Source: an uncultured Desulfobacterales bacterium (GTDB lineage: Bacteria > Desulfobacterota > DSM-4660 > Desulfatiglandales > JALVZP01). From it: a stretch of 64,000 nt of DNA. Each line of letters opens with the position of its first letter. Within the stretch, counting starts at the first letter, position 1. Under the pieces are notes generated by a model, which was not told the DNA's origin, searched no databases, and worked only from the letters and a program-made list of their open reading frames with translations. Both the position numbers and the translations under genes were made by a program. The stretch is taken from the NCBI GenBank assembly GCA_964513995.1, contig CAZEOQ010000001.1, positions 144,550-208,549 on the forward strand. The letters are read 5' to 3'. Positions 18,392-30,053 of this stretch are shown here, piece after piece.

Positions 18392-19575
18392 TAATATACC
18401 CTGCATATAAGTCCTTTAAGATACTCTGATTCAAGAAAGCTTGTAAGATGAGGATGATCTATTGGCTGACCAAGTCTTTTTATTACCTGGATCTGTCTCC
18501 TTGCATCCATTGCTGACCAGGTTATTATCTTTGAAAAAAGCTCAAGACTTATTGCACCAGAACAGCTGAATGTAAAAAGTATTCCTCCTTTTTCAAGAAG
18601 TTTCATTGCCTGAAGATTTATGTCTTTATATCCCCTTATTGCACTTTCAATCTTTTCATGAGTATGTGCAAATTTTGGAGGATCAAGTATTATCAGATCA
18701 AACTTCATTCCCTTTTTCCTTATCTTCCTCAATGCATCAAATGCATTCTCTATGAGGAAATCCTGTGGTTGACTTAGCTCATTCAGCTCCATAATCTCTT
18801 TTGAAAGATCTACAGCACTTTTAGATATCTCCACATTCATTACATATTCTGCTCCACCTTTCAGTGCGTATACAGAAAATGCTCCAGTATATGAGAAGCA
18901 GTTAAGCACTTTTTTCCCTTTACAGAAATTTAAAATCTCACGCCTGTTATCCCTCTGATCAAGATAGAATCCTGTCTTTTGTCCATTCTTTACATCAACA
19001 AGAAATGGAATACCGTTTTCTAAGATCTCCTGTCTTTCAGGGACATTTCCATAAAGAATACCTTTCTTAAGCCCAAGCCCTTCTTTTTTCCTTACACTGC
19101 TATCACTTCTTTCATATATCCCTTTAGGAGAAAGATAATCTACGAGAAAACTGATTATCCTTTCTCTGAATCTTTCTATTCCTGCAGTAAGGAACTGAAC
19201 AACAATTACATCTCTGTATTTGTCTACTATAAGACCTGGAATAAAGTCTGCTTCAGAATTTACAAGTCTAAATGAGTCTGTATTTCTTTGATCAAAAAAT
19301 GCCAATCTCTGATCTATAGCACTTTTCAGCCTTTCTTCTATAAATCCTCTGTCTTCAGGATCTTCATCCTTTTGCCATGTAAGAATCCTTATTGTTATCT
19401 GACTTTTTGGATTTATATAGCCTTTTGCAAGAAATTTCCCGTTTCTGTCACATACTTCAACTATGTCCCCTGGCTTTACACTGTGCTCTATCCTTTCAAT
19501 AGCTGCAGAAAATATCCAGGGATGCTTTATAAGAACACTTTTTTTCTTTTCTTCCTTTAAAAAAACCTTTTTCAT
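18391..19575 (-). CDS. rlmI: class I SAM-dependent 23S rRNA (cytosine-C5) methyltransferase, RlmI-like (PUA + MTase)
   Basis: N-terminal KHPWIFSAAIERIE (PUA-type), the central LNCFSYTGAFSVYA SAM-binding motif, and DPPKFA. Confidence 0.8.
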   Translation of the reverse strand: MKKVFLKEEKKKSVLIKHPWIFSAAIERIEHSVKPGDIVEVCDRNGKFLAKGYINPKSQITIRILTWQKDEDPEDRGFIEERLKSAIDQRLAFFDQRNTDSFRLVNSEADFIPGLIVDKYRDVIVVQFLTAGIERFRERIISFLVDYLSPKGIYERSDSSVRKKEGLGLKKGILYGNVPERQEILENGIPFLVDVKNGQKTGFYLDQRDNRREILNFCKGKKVLNCFSYTGAFSVYALKGGAEYVMNVEISKSAVDLSKEIMELNELSQPQDFLIENAFDALRKIRKKGMKFDLIILDPPKFAHTHEKIESAIRGYKDINLQAMKLLEKGGILFTFSCSGAISLELFSKIITWSAMDARRQIQVIKRLGQPIDHPHLTSFLESEYLKGLICRVY

Positions 19576-19578
19576 TTC

Positions 19579-19608
19579 TTGTTTTAAAGGTAAGCTTAAG
19601 TTTATAAT
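19579..19608 (+). promoter_or_regulatory. putative promoter of sat/cysC (TTGTTT-18-TATAAT)
   Basis: A perfect TATAAT at 19603-19608 abuts the first in-frame ATG (19609). This argues that the real start is the SD-preceded ATG at 19627. Confidence 0.4.
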
Positions 19609-19626
19609 ATGTCAAGGAGAACTGAC

Positions 19627-21327
19627 ATGGATGCACATGGAGGAAGGTTAAAAGAGCTTCTTGTAGACGAAAAAAGAGCAGAATTCTTAAGAGAAATGTC
19701 CCTAAGTCTTCCTGATATAGTCCTTAATGAAAGACAGATTTGTGACTTTGAACTTATTGCAAATGGTTCTTTTTCTCCACTTGAAGGATTTATGAAAAAA
19801 AAGGATTATGAAGCTGTTTTGGAAGAAATGAGACTTTCAGATGGAATCCTTTGGCCGATTCCTATATGTCTTGATGTTTCTGAAGAGGATGTTCAAAGAC
19901 TCAGAAAAAAAGAAGCCGTATGTCTGAGGGATCAAGAAGGATTTCTTTTGGCAGTTATGTATATAGAAGACATATGGAAGGTTGATAAAGAGAAGGAAGC
20001 AAAAAAGGTATATGGAACAGAGGAAAGGAAGCATCCAGGAGTGGAGTATCTTTTTAAAAAGACTGGTGAGTATTATGTAGGTGGAAAGCTTGAGGTTATA
20101 AGTCTTCCTCTTCATTTTGACTTTAAACAGCTGAGACTTACTCCTTCTGAATTAAGACACAATGCAAAAAGACTTGGATGGAAAAGGATTATTGGATTTC
20201 AGACAGAAGATCCTATACACAGACCACAGTTTGAGATGACAATAAGGGCAATGAAAGAAAAAAAGGCAAATCTTTTGGTTTTTGCAATTTCTGGAATACC
20301 AAAACCAGGAGATTTTGATCATTATACAAGGGTAAGGTGTTATAGACTGATTGAAAAATACTATCCACCAAACTCATTTATGATAAATCTTTTGCCCCTT
20401 TCAATAAGGATGGCAGGACCAAAAGAAGCTTTGCTTCATGCAATAATAGCAAAAAACTATGGATGCACTCATTTTATCGTAAGAGATGATCATGCAAGTC
20501 CTGAAGGATTTTACAGTCCAGACATTTTCAAAAATATGGCGAATAAATTTAGTAAAGAAATAGGAATCTCCATAATACCTTTTGAGGAGATGGTTTATCT
20601 TCCAGAAGAAGATGAATATAGACCAAAGAATGAGATTCCAGAAGGGATAAAGTTTTTTTCTATTTCTGGAAAAGAGATAAGGGAAAGGATAAGGAAAGGG
20701 AAAAAAGTTCCAGAATGGGCTTCATTTCCTGAAGTAGTAGAAGAATTGAGAAAGTCTTATCCTCCCCCAGAAAAACAAGGATTTACGATATTTCTTACAG
20801 GTCTTCCTGCATCAGGAAAGTCAACAATAGCAAAAGTATTATATGCAAAATTTATGGAAATAGGAACAAGACCTGTAACACTTCTTGATGGAGACATAGT
20901 AAGAAGGCATCTTTCAAGTGAACTTGGATTTTCAAAAAAAGACAGAGACATAAACATAAAAAGGATAGGATTTGTTGCAATGGAAATCACAAAAAACAGG
21001 GGAATAGCAATATGTGCACCAATTGCACCATACAGGGAGACAAGGAAAGAAGTAAGAAAGATGATAGAGCAGTATGGTGGTTTCATAGAAGTATATGTGG
21101 CTACACCACTTGAGGTATGTGAGAAGAGGGACAGAAAAGGACTGTATAAAAAAGCAAGGGCAGGTCTTATAAAAGGATTTACAGGGATAGATGATCCATA
21201 TGAACCTCCAGAATGCCCTGAAGTAAAAATAGACACAACAGACCTTACACCAGAAGAGGCTGCACAGGAGATCCTTTTGTTTTTAGAACAAAAAGGATAC
21301 ATAGGAGGAAAAGATGGATCTTTTTAA
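19627..21327 (+). CDS. bifunctional sulfate adenylyltransferase / adenylylsulfate kinase (Sat-CysC fusion)
   Basis: The ORF opens at 19609, but AGGAGA (19614-19619) plus 7 nt precedes the ATG at 19627 ([12 protein letters not shown]...). ATP sulfurylase motifs: [10 protein letters not shown] and [12 protein letters not shown]. The C-terminal APS kinase domain has the P-loop [13 protein letters not shown] and LDGDIVR. Confidence 0.9.
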   Translation: MDAHGGRLKELLVDEKRAEFLREMSLSLPDIVLNERQICDFELIANGSFSPLEGFMKKKDYEAVLEEMRLSDGILWPIPICLDVSEEDVQRLRKKEAVCLRDQEGFLLAVMYIEDIWKVDKEKEAKKVYGTEERKHPGVEYLFKKTGEYYVGGKLEVISLPLHFDFKQLRLTPSELRHNAKRLGWKRIIGFQTEDPIHRPQFEMTIRAMKEKKANLLVFAISGIPKPGDFDHYTRVRCYRLIEKYYPPNSFMINLLPLSIRMAGPKEALLHAIIAKNYGCTHFIVRDDHASPEGFYSPDIFKNMANKFSKEIGISIIPFEEMVYLPEEDEYRPKNEIPEGIKFFSISGKEIRERIRKGKKVPEWASFPEVVEELRKSYPPPEKQGFTIFLTGLPASGKSTIAKVLYAKFMEIGTRPVTLLDGDIVRRHLSSELGFSKKDRDINIKRIGFVAMEITKNRGIAICAPIAPYRETRKEVRKMIEQYGGFIEVYVATPLEVCEKRDRKGLYKKARAGLIKGFTGIDDPYEPPECPEVKIDTTDLTPEEAAQEILLFLEQKGYIGGKDGSF

Positions 21328-24300
21328 AAACACATTAGAAAATGCAATCTTTGGTGTTGCAATATTTAACAGGGAAAAAGAGATCATTTACATGAATCCT
21401 CAGATTATCAATATGTTCGGATACGAAAGTCCTGATGAATTAAAAGGATATCTGTTTTCTGAAAATGAGAATCTTCAGAGATTCGTAGATGATGTATTTT
21501 CTGAACCAAAAAGAGAGACAAAGGAGCTTATAGCAAGGAATAAGAAAGGAAAAGAGTTCTGGATAAGGATTTCTTTAGTTCCAGTTTTTGATAAAAAAGG
21601 ATCTGTTTCAAATGTCATCTTATTTGCTGAAGAGTCAAGAGAAAAGGAGAAACAGAAAGAATTGGAGGAATACATAGATCACCTTGCTACATTTAATGCA
21701 AAGCTTTCTGAAGATGGAAAGGTCATTATGGTAAACAGGACAGCAGTTGAAGCAGCAGGAATAAAGTATTCAGAAGCAATAGGAAGATACTTCTGGGAGA
21801 CATACTGGTGGTCATACAGTAAAGAGGTTCAGGAAAGGTTAAAGGAATTTATAAAAAAAGCAGCTCGTGGAGAAACAGTCCTTGCAAGTGAAAGGATAAA
21901 AGTAAAAGATGGTTTTATCTTTATTCAGTTTATCTTAAGACCGGTCAAAGAAAAAGGAAAGATAAAGTATCTTTTAGCAGAAGGTCAGGATATTACAGAA
22001 CTTAAAACAACTCAGAGTATGTTACAAAAGGCTTATGAGCTTATAAATACGATGAGCAGTCTTGCAGGAATAATGGACAGATATGGAAACATAGAGTTTG
22101 TCAATAAGACTCCTGTTAAGTTAGGGTTTAGCACAGCTGACATTATAGGAAAATACTTCTGGGAAGTAGATTGGATAGAAGAAAAGGATTCAGTAAAAAA
22201 GGCAATAAAAGAAGCACAGGATGGAAAAAGGGTAAATATAGAAGTTACTGCTTATTCTAAAGATAAAAAGAGGAGTTTTCCTGCTCTTTTGATCCTGACA
22301 CCTATAAAAGATGATTCTGAGATTAAAGGTATCATATATGAAGGTATTTCAATAAAGGAGATAAAGGAAAGGGAAGAAGAACTTAGCAAATATCTTCATC
22401 TTTTAAATTCCATGAGCAATTTTGCAGGAATATTTGACCTGAACGGAAGGCTTTTATTCATAAATGATGTAGCACTTAAGACAGGAGGATTTTCAAAGGA
22501 AGAGGTCATAGGAAGGCATGTGTGGGAAACAGGATGGTTTCTTCCAGATGAGGAAAGCAGAGCAATTATAAAAGATGCAGTATTTCTTGCACTTGAAGGG
22601 AAAAGACTTCAGTTTGAAGTTACAGCATATACAAAGGACGAAAAACCATTTCCTGTCCTTACAAATACAGCTCCTCTTTTAAATCCTGAAGGGAAAATTG
22701 TTGGTGGAGTTTTAGAAGGAAAGCCTATATCTGAGATGAAAAGACTTGAAGAAGATCTGAGAAGAGAGATGGCAAAGTTTAAAGGTATGATAGAAGGTAT
22801 GGAAGAGGGAATAGCTTTTGCTGACAGAAGGAACAGGATAACAGAAGTAAACAGCTTTCTTTTAAAGACAGTGAAAAAAGAAGGAGTGATTGGGAAGTCT
22901 CTTGAAGAGATCCATTCTGAAGAAGCATACAAGAAGATAAGGGAGATTATATTCAAATTCAGGACAAATCCTGATTCTCCTCCTGTAATAATAAACAAAA
23001 AATTGGGAGAAAGGCATGTTATAATGAGGATTCAGCCGATTTATCAGAATGGAAAGTATGAAGGAGTAGTAAAAAATTTCTTGGATGTTACAGAACTTGC
23101 CGTTGCAAGAGAAAAAGCAGAAGAGGCAAGCAAAGCAAAAAGTGAATTCCTTGCAAGGATGAGTCATGAGATAAGAACACCTATGAATGCAATCATAGGA
23201 GCAGCAGAACTCCTTATGCAGACAGAGCTTACAAAAGAACAGAGAGAATATCTTGAAATGCTGAGGATTTCTGCAGAGAACCTTCTTGGAATGATAAATG
23301 ACATACTTGATCTTTCAAAAATAGAAGCAGGAAAGATAGAGCTTGAAAAGATTCCTTTTAACATTCATGAGCTTGTAGAAAATACATGTGTTTCACTTGC
23401 ATCAAGGGCACACAGTAAAGGTCTTGAGCTTCTTTTTTATATAGAACCTGATGTTCCTGAGGAGCTCATAGGTGATCCTGTAAGACTAAAACAGATACTT
23501 ATAAACCTTATTGGAAATGCCATAAAGTTTACAGAAAAAGGGCAGGTATCAGTAACCGTAAAAAAGATAAAAGAGGAGGAAGGAAAGGTTACAATTCAGT
23601 TCAGCGTAGAAGATACAGGTATTGGAATTCCTGAAGAAAAGAGAGAAAAGATATTTGAAGAATTTACACAAGCAGATACTTCTACTACGAGAAAATACGG
23701 AGGAACAGGTCTTGGATTGAGCATATGTAAGTATCTCGTAGAGATGATGGGAGGAAAGATATGGGTAGAAAGTGAGGTAGGAGTTGGAAGTGTATTTCAC
23801 TTTACAGCTGTTTTTGATGTGGCAAAATCAGTTTCAAGGAGGATTAAAAAAGATGTTCAGCTGAGAGGTCTCAAGGTCCTCATTGTAGACGATAATCCTA
23901 CTAATCGTTTTGTCTTAAAGGAGATCCTTTCTTCATGGGAGATGGAAAGTGAAGTTGCAGAAGACGGAGTTTCTGCATTGAGAAAGATAGAAAGAGCCTT
24001 AGAGAAAAAAGAAGTCTTTGATCTTATACTTTTAGACATGCAGATGCCAGGAATGGATGGAATAGAAACAGCTAAGAAGATAAGGGATATTGAAGAATAC
24101 AAAGAAGTGCCTATAATTATGATGAGTTCTGTGGAGGATGTAAATCTGAGAAGAGAAGCTGAAAAGGCTGGAATTTCTGATTACCTTCTCAAACCAATAG
24201 GAAAGTCAAAGTTGTTTGATTCTATCGTAGAAATTATCTCAAAGGAGAAGAACTTAGTAGAAGTTCCAAAAAAAGAAATCCATTCTCTTAAAGGAATAAA

Positions 24301-24967
24301 AGTCCTTCTTGCAGAAGACAATCCAGTAAATCAGAGGATAGCTGCTTCTATGCTTAAAAATCAAGGAATTGATGTAACTGTTGCAAATAATGGAAAAGAA
24401 GTCCTGGAACTTTTAGAAAAGAAGGATTTTGATCTTATACTTATGGATGTTCAGATGCCACAGATGGATGGAATTACTGCAACAAAAAAGATAAGGGAAA
24501 AAGGGATAAGTATACCTATAGTAGCACTTACTGCAAATGCATTTGAAGAAGACAGAAAAAGGTGTCTGGAAGCAGGAATGAATGCATATACATCAAAGCC
24601 TATAAAGGCTGATGAGCTTTTGAAGATAATATCTGAACTTGTAGAAAAGGATATGGATCTTGAAAAAGCTCTTGAAATGGTTGGAGGAGACAGGGAACTT
24701 CTTGATCAGCTTCTTGATATGTTCGTTAAAGACTTTCCTGAAAAGATAAAAAAACTTGAAGAAGCAGTAGAAAAAAATGACATGGATCTTCTTTATAAAG
24801 AAGCTCATAGCTTAAAAGGTTCTTCTGGAAATTTAGGTCTTATGAAGGTATATGAAATTTCAAGAGAGATAGAGAAGATGGCAAAAGAGGAGAAATTAGA
24901 AGGAATAGAAGAAAAGATATCTCAGCTAAAAGAACAATTAGAAAAACTCAGGAGAAAGAAAAGATGA
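21314..24967 (+). CDS. hybrid sensor histidine kinase (multiple PAS, HisKA, HATPase, two receiver domains, HPt)
   Basis: About 600 aa of repeated PAS-like units. H-box [11 protein letters not shown] and G-box GGTGLGLSI. Receivers: VDDNPTNR...[11 protein letters not shown] and AEDNPVNQ...[12 protein letters not shown]-terminal HPt [11 protein letters not shown]. The gene overlaps sat/cysC by 14 nt. Confidence 0.9.
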   Translation: MDLFKNTLENAIFGVAIFNREKEIIYMNPQIINMFGYESPDELKGYLFSENENLQRFVDDVFSEPKRETKELIARNKKGKEFWIRISLVPVFDKKGSVSNVILFAEESREKEKQKELEEYIDHLATFNAKLSEDGKVIMVNRTAVEAAGIKYSEAIGRYFWETYWWSYSKEVQERLKEFIKKAARGETVLASERIKVKDGFIFIQFILRPVKEKGKIKYLLAEGQDITELKTTQSMLQKAYELINTMSSLAGIMDRYGNIEFVNKTPVKLGFSTADIIGKYFWEVDWIEEKDSVKKAIKEAQDGKRVNIEVTAYSKDKKRSFPALLILTPIKDDSEIKGIIYEGISIKEIKEREEELSKYLHLLNSMSNFAGIFDLNGRLLFINDVALKTGGFSKEEVIGRHVWETGWFLPDEESRAIIKDAVFLALEGKRLQFEVTAYTKDEKPFPVLTNTAPLLNPEGKIVGGVLEGKPISEMKRLEEDLRREMAKFKGMIEGMEEGIAFADRRNRITEVNSFLLKTVKKEGVIGKSLEEIHSEEAYKKIREIIFKFRTNPDSPPVIINKKLGERHVIMRIQPIYQNGKYEGVVKNFLDVTELAVAREKAEEASKAKSEFLARMSHEIRTPMNAIIGAAELLMQTELTKEQREYLEMLRISAENLLGMINDILDLSKIEAGKIELEKIPFNIHELVENTCVSLASRAHSKGLELLFYIEPDVPEELIGDPVRLKQILINLIGNAIKFTEKGQVSVTVKKIKEEEGKVTIQFSVEDTGIGIPEEKREKIFEEFTQADTSTTRKYGGTGLGLSICKYLVEMMGGKIWVESEVGVGSVFHFTAVFDVAKSVSRRIKKDVQLRGLKVLIVDDNPTNRFVLKEILSSWEMESEVAEDGVSALRKIERALEKKEVFDLILLDMQMPGMDGIETAKKIRDIEEYKEVPIIMMSSVEDVNLRREAEKAGISDYLLKPIGKSKLFDSIVEIISKEKNLVEVPKKEIHSLKGIKVLLAEDNPVNQRIAASMLKNQGIDVTVANNGKEVLELLEKKDFDLILMDVQMPQMDGITATKKIREKGISIPIVALTANAFEEDRKRCLEAGMNAYTSKPIKADELLKIISELVEKDMDLEKALEMVGGDRELLDQLLDMFVKDFPEKIKKLEEAVEKNDMDLLYKEAHSLKGSSGNLGLMKVYEISREIEKMAKEEKLEGIEEKISQLKEQLEKLRRKKR

Positions 24968-27816
24968 TAGGGAAGATACTCAGGAGGATATTTGGAAGCA
25001 AAAATGATAGAGAAATCAGATCAATGATACCTATTGTTGACAAGATAAACAGGCTGGAACTTGAGATGAAGAAGCTTTCAGATGCACAGCTTAAGGCAAA
25101 GACAGCAGAATTTAAACAAAGGCTTGAGAATGGAGAATCACTTGACGATCTTCTTCCAGAAGCATTTGCAGTTGTAAGGGAAGCAGCATACAGGGTTCTT
25201 GGTCTAAGACCATTTGATGTTCAGATCATGGGAGGAATTGTCCTTCACAGAGGAAAGATTGCAGAGATGAAGACAGGAGAAGGAAAGACACTCGTTGCGA
25301 CAATGCCATTATACCTAAATGCACTTACAGGAAGAGGTGTTCATCTTGTTACTGTAAACGATTATCTTGCAAAAAGGGATGCTGAATGGATGGGAGGGAT
25401 ATATAGATTCCTTGGGATGAGTGTAGGGGTTGTTGTTCATGGAATGAGTGATTCTGAAAGGAAAAAGGCATATGCATGTGACATAACTTATGGAACAAAC
25501 AATGAATTTGGATTTGATTATCTGAGAGACAATATGAAATACAGTCTTGATGACATGGTTCAAAGGGGATTCTATTATGCAATAGTTGATGAGGTTGACA
25601 GCATACTTATAGATGAAGCAAGGACTCCTCTTATAATAAGTGGTCCTGTAGAAAGAAGGGTGGACAAGGTATATCTTGAAGCAAAACCTCTTGTAATAAA
25701 TCTCAGAAAAAAGCAGTCAGAGGTAATAAGAAGACTTCTTAGAGAGGTAAGAGAAGACATAAAGAATGGGAATGTAAGTGAAGATACAATTGTAAAGCTT
25801 ATTCAGATAAAAAGAGGAGATCCAAAAAATCCTTCTTTTCTGAAGATTCTTGCAGACAATCCTTCTCTCAAAAAAGAGATGACAAGACTTGAAGCACTTT
25901 ATGAAATACAGAAGATGCTTCCAAAGATAGATCAGGAGCTTTACTGTGTCATTGATGAGCAGAACAATACAGTAGATCTTACAGACAAAGGGATAAGGCT
26001 TCTTGCAAAAAGTGGAATAAGTGATTTTGTCCTTCCTGACATTGAAGAAGAATCAAGGAAGATTCAGGAAGACAGAAGCCTTTCTGAAAAGCAAAAAGCA
26101 GAAAAGCTAAGACAGCTTGAGGAAAGATTTGTAAGGAATTCAGAACTCCTTCATGCAATTCAGCAGCTTATAAGAGCATACTGGCTTTTTGAAAAGGATG
26201 TGCATTATGTCGTCAAAGATGGAAAAGTTATAATTGTTGATGAATTTACAGGAAGGATGCTTCCTGGAAGAAGATGGTCTGATGGGCTTCATCAGGCAAT
26301 TGAGGCAAAGGAAGGTGTAAAGGTAGAGGAAGAAAATGTGACGCTTGCAACAATAACATTTCAGAACTACTTCAGGATGTATGAAAAGCTTGCAGGAATG
26401 ACAGGAACAGCAGAAACAGAGGCAGCAGAATTCAAAAGCATATATGGTCTTGATGTTGTCGTTATTCCGACTCATATGAAGATGATAAGAATAGACTATC
26501 CTGATGTGATTTATAAAACCGAAAGAGAGAAGTTTAAGGCAGTAGTAGAAGAGATAAAAAGGCTTTATGAGCAGGGAAGACCAGTCCTTGTAGGAACTGT
26601 ATCAATTGAAAAATCAGAAATGCTCAGCAAGATGCTAAAAAGGGCAGGAATTCCACATTCTGTCCTTAATGCAAAAAATCACGAAAAAGAGGCAGAAATC
26701 ATTGCAAAGGCAGGACAGAAAAAGACTGTAACAATTTCTACAAACATGGCAGGAAGAGGAACAGATATAGTTCTTGGAGAAGGTGTTGCAGAACTTGGAG
26801 GACTTCATGTAATTGGAACAGAAAGGCACGAAAGCAGAAGAATAGACAATCAGCTGAGAGGAAGGGCAGGAAGACAGGGTGATCCTGGATCATCAAGATT
26901 TTATCTTTCACTTGAGGATGATCTTTTGAGAATATTTGGTTCTGAAAGGATAGCAGCAGTTATGGAAAAGCTTGGGATAGAAGAAGGTGAACCAATAGAG
27001 CATCCACTTATAACAAAGGCAATAGAGAATGCACAGAAAAAGGTAGAGGCATACAATTTCAGCATAAGGAAACAGCTCCTTGAATATGACGATGTAATGA
27101 ACAAGCACAGAGAGATCATATATGGACTAAGAAGACAGATACTTGAAGGAAGAGACATGGATGAGCTTATAAACAGCATGATTGAGGATAAAGTAGAAGC
27201 AATAGTTGAAAAGTGGATAGATCCAAAATCAAGACCAGATGAGTGGAATATAAGAGGGCTTGAAAGAGACTTTTTGAGGATATTTGCATTTCGTCCAAAG
27301 GTAAGTCCTGAGGATATAGGAGAGGAAAGATTCAGATCACTTGAGATAGATGAGCTGAAAAAGATGCTCATAGAACAGACGAAGAATATGTATCTTGAGA
27401 AAAAGAAGCTTTTTGGAAAAGAGATGCTTGATGAACTTTCAAAGATGGTCCTCATAAATATAATAGACAAAAACTGGATAGATCATCTTCAGGACATGGA
27501 ATTCCTGAAAGAAAGCATAGGACTTAGAGGATACGGACAGCTTGATCCACTTAAGGAGTATCAGAAAGAGGCATTTTCTCTTTTTGAATCACTCCTTGAT
27601 AGAATAAAGGAAGAGACACTGAACATAGTATTCTCATTAAGACTTCTTAAAGGAAAAGAAGAGATTCCAAGGGAAAGAAAGGTCATATATCTGAGGCATG
27701 GAGATGATCAGCCAGTATCAACTATAAGAAAGGCAAAAAAGATTGGAAGAAATGATCCATGTCCGTGTGGAAGTGGAAAGAAGTATAAGAAGTGTTGTGG
27801 AAGGGGGATTGTGTGA
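24964..27816 (+). CDS. secA: preprotein translocase ATPase SecA
   Basis: [14 protein letters not shown] Walker [30 protein letters not shown], and the C-terminal zinc motif [17 protein letters not shown] overlap with the kinase gene. Confidence 0.97.
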   Translation: MIGKILRRIFGSKNDREIRSMIPIVDKINRLELEMKKLSDAQLKAKTAEFKQRLENGESLDDLLPEAFAVVREAAYRVLGLRPFDVQIMGGIVLHRGKIAEMKTGEGKTLVATMPLYLNALTGRGVHLVTVNDYLAKRDAEWMGGIYRFLGMSVGVVVHGMSDSERKKAYACDITYGTNNEFGFDYLRDNMKYSLDDMVQRGFYYAIVDEVDSILIDEARTPLIISGPVERRVDKVYLEAKPLVINLRKKQSEVIRRLLREVREDIKNGNVSEDTIVKLIQIKRGDPKNPSFLKILADNPSLKKEMTRLEALYEIQKMLPKIDQELYCVIDEQNNTVDLTDKGIRLLAKSGISDFVLPDIEEESRKIQEDRSLSEKQKAEKLRQLEERFVRNSELLHAIQQLIRAYWLFEKDVHYVVKDGKVIIVDEFTGRMLPGRRWSDGLHQAIEAKEGVKVEEENVTLATITFQNYFRMYEKLAGMTGTAETEAAEFKSIYGLDVVVIPTHMKMIRIDYPDVIYKTEREKFKAVVEEIKRLYEQGRPVLVGTVSIEKSEMLSKMLKRAGIPHSVLNAKNHEKEAEIIAKAGQKKTVTISTNMAGRGTDIVLGEGVAELGGLHVIGTERHESRRIDNQLRGRAGRQGDPGSSRFYLSLEDDLLRIFGSERIAAVMEKLGIEEGEPIEHPLITKAIENAQKKVEAYNFSIRKQLLEYDDVMNKHREIIYGLRRQILEGRDMDELINSMIEDKVEAIVEKWIDPKSRPDEWNIRGLERDFLRIFAFRPKVSPEDIGEERFRSLEIDELKKMLIEQTKNMYLEKKKLFGKEMLDELSKMVLINIIDKNWIDHLQDMEFLKESIGLRGYGQLDPLKEYQKEAFSLFESLLDRIKEETLNIVFSLRLLKGKEEIPRERKVIYLRHGDDQPVSTIRKAKKIGRNDPCPCGSGKKYKKCCGRGIV

Positions 27817-28955
27817 TAAAGGGGTTTAAGGAAGCAGCTGTAAGATGCGGAATAAAAAAAGATGGACTTGATCTTGGTCTTATATATTCTGAAAAAGAAG
27901 CAACAGTTGCAGCCCTTTTTACAAAAAACAGGGTAAAAGCAGCACCTGTAATTGTTTCAAAAATACACCTTGAAAAGACAAAAGGTCGTGCAAGGGCAAT
28001 AATTGTAAATTCTGGGAATGCAAATGCGTGCACAGGGGAAGAAGGAATCAGAGATGCATTATCCGTCAGTGAAGCTGTAGCAGAGGCTCTTGGTATAAAA
28101 AAAGAAGAGGTCCTTGTTGCATCAACTGGAATAATTGGAAAAAGACTTGAACTGAAGAAGATAAAAGAAGCTATACCAGATCTTGTAAAAAGGCTTTCTT
28201 ATGATGGAATAGAAGAGTTTTCTAAGGCAATCCTTACAACAGACAAATTTCCAAAGGTATCATCTTTTGAAGGAGATGGTTTCAGGATAGTTGGTATTGC
28301 AAAAGGTGCAGGAATGATCATGCCAGATCTTGCAACAATGCTCTGCTTTATCCTTACGGACATAAAAGCAGAAAGAGAAACCCTTAAAGAAGTTCTTAAA
28401 AAAGCTGTAGATCAATCATTCAATAAAATAACAGTAGACGGTGATATGAGCACAAATGATACAGTTTTTCTTCTTGCAAATGGAATTTCAGAAAAAGGAA
28501 TTTCAGAAGAATTTGAATTTGGACTAAAAAAGATATGCACTGAACTTTCAGAGATGATTGTAGATGATGGTGAAGGTTCAACTAAGAAGGTAAAGATAAT
28601 CGTAAAAGGTGCTGCAAAAAGATCTGATGCAAAAGAAGGTGCAAGGTCTGTTGCAAATTCCCTTCTCGTAAAAACAGCCCTTTTTGGAGAAGATCCAAAC
28701 TGGGGAAGGATAATGGCAGCAATTGGAAAAGCAGTTTCTGTTGTAGATCAGAATAAAGTAGACATATGGATAGATGACATAAAGGTTGTTGAGAATGGAA
28801 AAGGAAAGGGAAATGAGGATGTCGCAAAAGAGAGGATGAAAAAAAGAAGCTTTTCACTTACAGTAGATCTAAAAAAAGGACCATATGAAGACTGGATCCT
28901 TACATGTGATCTTAGCTATGATTATGTAAAGATCAATGCAGAATACAGAACATAA
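27792..28955 (+). CDS. argJ: bifunctional ornithine acetyltransferase / N-acetylglutamate synthase ArgJ
   Basis: [15 protein letters not shown]-terminus and the autoprocessing site [10 protein letters not shown]. The ORF opens with GTG at 27792. An alternative GTG at 27813 overlaps the secA stop (GTGTGA) and gives a more typical short N-terminus. Confidence 0.9.
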   Translation: MLWKGDCVIKGFKEAAVRCGIKKDGLDLGLIYSEKEATVAALFTKNRVKAAPVIVSKIHLEKTKGRARAIIVNSGNANACTGEEGIRDALSVSEAVAEALGIKKEEVLVASTGIIGKRLELKKIKEAIPDLVKRLSYDGIEEFSKAILTTDKFPKVSSFEGDGFRIVGIAKGAGMIMPDLATMLCFILTDIKAERETLKEVLKKAVDQSFNKITVDGDMSTNDTVFLLANGISEKGISEEFEFGLKKICTELSEMIVDDGEGSTKKVKIIVKGAAKRSDAKEGARSVANSLLVKTALFGEDPNWGRIMAAIGKAVSVVDQNKVDIWIDDIKVVENGKGKGNEDVAKERMKKRSFSLTVDLKKGPYEDWILTCDLSYDYVKINAEYRT

Positions 28956-28967
28956 GGGGAGGAAAAG

Positions 28968-30041
28968 ATGTTTTTTGTTATTATGGCAGGAGGATCTGGA
29001 ACCAGATTTTGGCCACTTAGCAGAAAAAAAAGACCAAAGCAGTTTCTTTCAATCTTTGGAAAAGATCCTCTTATATTAGAGACATACAGGAGGATATCTC
29101 AGATTGCTGATGACAGAGACATATGTATAATCCTTGGAAAAGAGCATGTTGATGAAGCAAAAAGGATTTTTGAAGGAAAAAGGATACATATTATAGCAGA
29201 GCCATTTGGAAGAAATACAGCTCCGTGTATTGCACTTGGAGCACTTTATGCAAAATGGCTAAAAAAAGATGGTGCAATAGCATTTCTTCCAGCAGATCAC
29301 TTTATTGGAGATACGAGATCATTTCTTGATTCTCTTCTTATTGCAGGAAAGATAGGATCTGATTTTGGAAAGATAGTAACTCTTGGAATTGTTCCAAACA
29401 GACCAGAGACAGGATATGGTTACATAAAAAGGTCAGAGGATTATGTAGAGGTTGATGGAAAAAGAGTATTCAGGGTAGAAAGGTTTGAAGAAAAGCCAGA
29501 TATTGAAAAGGCAAAAAGATACATTGAAACTGGAAGATACTTCTGGAATGCAGGAATATTTATAGCAAATCCTGATACGATAATTGATGAAACAAAAAAA
29601 TGCCTTCCTGAACTATACAGTGCCTTTTCTGAGATAAGGATAGGAAAGGAAGGATTTGAGGAAGAGCTCAGAAAAGCATATGAGAAAGCACCAAATATAT
29701 CTTTTGATTACGGCGTTATGGAAAAGACAAAAGCAGCTGTTTATGTAATTCCAACAGAATGTGGATGGAGTGATGTAGGATCATGGTTTTCTGTTTATGA
29801 GCTGAGAAAAGAAGAGCATGACAAAAAAGGAAATCTTATTGAAGGAGATGTAATAGAATTTGAATGTGAAAGAAGCTTTATAAGCTCTAAAGGAGGAAGG
29901 ATTGTTGCATGTGTTGGACTCAAAGAAGTTCTTGTTGTTGATACGGGTGATGCTCTCCTTGTTGCAGACATAAAAAGATCACAGGATGTAAGAAGAATAG
30001 TTGAAGAATTGGAAAAAAGAGGAAAAAAGAAGTATCTGTAA
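28968..30041 (+). CDS. manC: mannose-1-phosphate guanylyltransferase
   Basis: MAGGSGTRFWPLSR nucleotidyltransferase signature, 357 aa, no PMI domain. SD ggggagg. Confidence 0.85.
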   Translation: MFFVIMAGGSGTRFWPLSRKKRPKQFLSIFGKDPLILETYRRISQIADDRDICIILGKEHVDEAKRIFEGKRIHIIAEPFGRNTAPCIALGALYAKWLKKDGAIAFLPADHFIGDTRSFLDSLLIAGKIGSDFGKIVTLGIVPNRPETGYGYIKRSEDYVEVDGKRVFRVERFEEKPDIEKAKRYIETGRYFWNAGIFIANPDTIIDETKKCLPELYSAFSEIRIGKEGFEEELRKAYEKAPNISFDYGVMEKTKAAVYVIPTECGWSDVGSWFSVYELRKEEHDKKGNLIEGDVIEFECERSFISSKGGRIVACVGLKEVLVVDTGDALLVADIKRSQDVRRIVEELEKRGKKKYL

Positions 30042-30053
30042 AGGAGGAAGAAG

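Noticed and set aside
19591-19598. The palindrome TAAGCTTA in the rlmI / sat divergent region, considered as a possible operator.
   Set aside because: It is a single 8-bp AT-rich palindrome with no second copy found in the window. That is insufficient evidence for a binding site.
20757-27470. Long antisense ORFs of 181 aa (20757-21302, opposite sat/cysC), 129 aa (22609-22998, opposite the kinase) and 189 aa (26901-27470, opposite secA).
   Set aside because: Their Ser/Phe/Ile-rich low complexity mirrors the GAA/AAG-rich sense strand. The sense-strand proteins have unambiguous family signatures, and there is no independent start context.
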